Position numbers and translations under genes: made by a program. A DNA stretch of 64,000 nt from Felis catus (lineage: Eukaryota). How positions within the stretch are numbered: position 1 is the stretch's first letter; every line of letters starts with the position of its first letter. Below, piece after piece: positions 62,970 to 64,000 of the stretch. Location: NCBI RefSeq assembly GCF_018350175.1, contig NC_058375.1, positions 12,090,001 through 12,154,000 on the forward strand, read 5' to 3'. The notes below the pieces were generated by a model. The model was not told where the DNA came from. It ran no database searches and saw only the letters and a list, made by a program, of their open reading frames with translations.

Positions 62970-64000
62970 CTGGGGTAGGGGTGGGGACGAGGCAGCTCTT
63001 CAGGGGATTTCCCGCTGTGCCTGCCTCACCAGAGGGCCTGCAGGAGTTCAGCCTCTGGAACCTAGTCTGTATCGAGGGCGGCATCAGCCAAAGTCACGGG
63101 AAGGAGCCTGAGGCTCAGGGCTGAGAGATCCTGGTGCAGGCACAGGAAGGCTTTTGCGCCCAGAGGCAAAGAAGGAGGCCGTGGCTGCAGCCATGGCCTG
63201 TATGAATGGATGGCACGGAGCCCAGCCTTCAGCCCCTTCAGTTCCTGAGGGTGTCACGGGGTAGAAAGAGGCCAGCTTCTGTGCTCAGGGGTCCTGGCTG
63301 GACTGCTGGAGGGGGCTAGGGCACAGGCACAGTTCGAAAACCTACCCTAGCCCATGTGCCTCTTTGTTCCATTAACTTCTACTGATCTTCGATCTTTAAT
63401 CAGTTTAAGCAACACCTCCTCCAGGAAGCGCTTCCTGTTAGACTCTCTGAGGGCTTCGATGTCCCCAGTACCCTGAGACTATGACTCCAGGCCTTTGCAG
63501 TGGCCAAAATTCCTCTCTGATCTGGCCACTGCCCGGGTCTGCTACCTCCGTTCCCTCCCTTTCTCCTTGCTCTACTCGCTCTGCTCGCTATCCCCCAAGG
63601 CTTTGCTTTTGCTGTTCCTTCTATTTGAAATGCTCTTTCTCTCTGATCTTCCCATGGCTGTTCCCTTCTCCTTCAAGCCTCAATTCCCAAGTCATTTCCT
63701 TAAACCCACAGAGGCTATTTATTTTCTGTACTCCTCCTACCCTAGCTGAAAATTTCCCAAGGGCTGGGCTTTGTCTATTTGGCTCACTGTTGTATCCCTA
63801 CAGCCTAGAACAGTGCCCGGAAGAGGAGGCCCTCAAGAAGTATTTGTCTCTAAGGAGCACTCCCTGAACTCCCCGAGGGGGACCTATCTTTGGGTTCCCC
63901 TGGCTCCCTGTGCTTCTATCACTGTATATGTCCCTCCTCTGCCCCTGCTGTTTCGTGTCTGTGATCTCCACTGTCTCCCTGAAGGCGGGGCTGGGCATCA

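Overview
This is mammalian genomic DNA, most likely from a felid. It carries dense tRNA-derived Can-SINEs of the cat SINEC_Fc type and is the region syntenic to human 1p36.13. Three protein-coding genes lie on the minus strand: the 5' part of ATP13A2/PARK9 (coding exons 1-6, 7851->114, continuing off the left edge), the complete SDHB gene (8 coding exons, 44719->14644, 846 nt, 281 aa), and the 3' part of PADI2 (last five exons, 62969->58534, with a 3' UTR of about 2.8 kb). All exons have GT-AG boundaries and phases that join in frame. The rest is CpG-island promoters, SINEs, L1/L2/MIR fragments, LTR relics and DNA-transposon relics. Two things stand out. First, an out-of-frame upstream AUG 19 nt before the ATP13A2 start opens a 103-aa ORF that overlaps the coding sequence across exons 1-4; it is a candidate translational or NMD control element on a polyamine transporter. 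Second, a 5'-truncated processed pseudogene of SRRT/ARS2 lies antisense in SDHB intron 7, split by a SINE and an L1 inserted at the same target site (three copies of the TSD). No prokaryote-type system (CRISPR etc.) is present. Gene and repeat family identities come from recalled sequences, not database searches, and repeat boundaries without a TSD are approximate.
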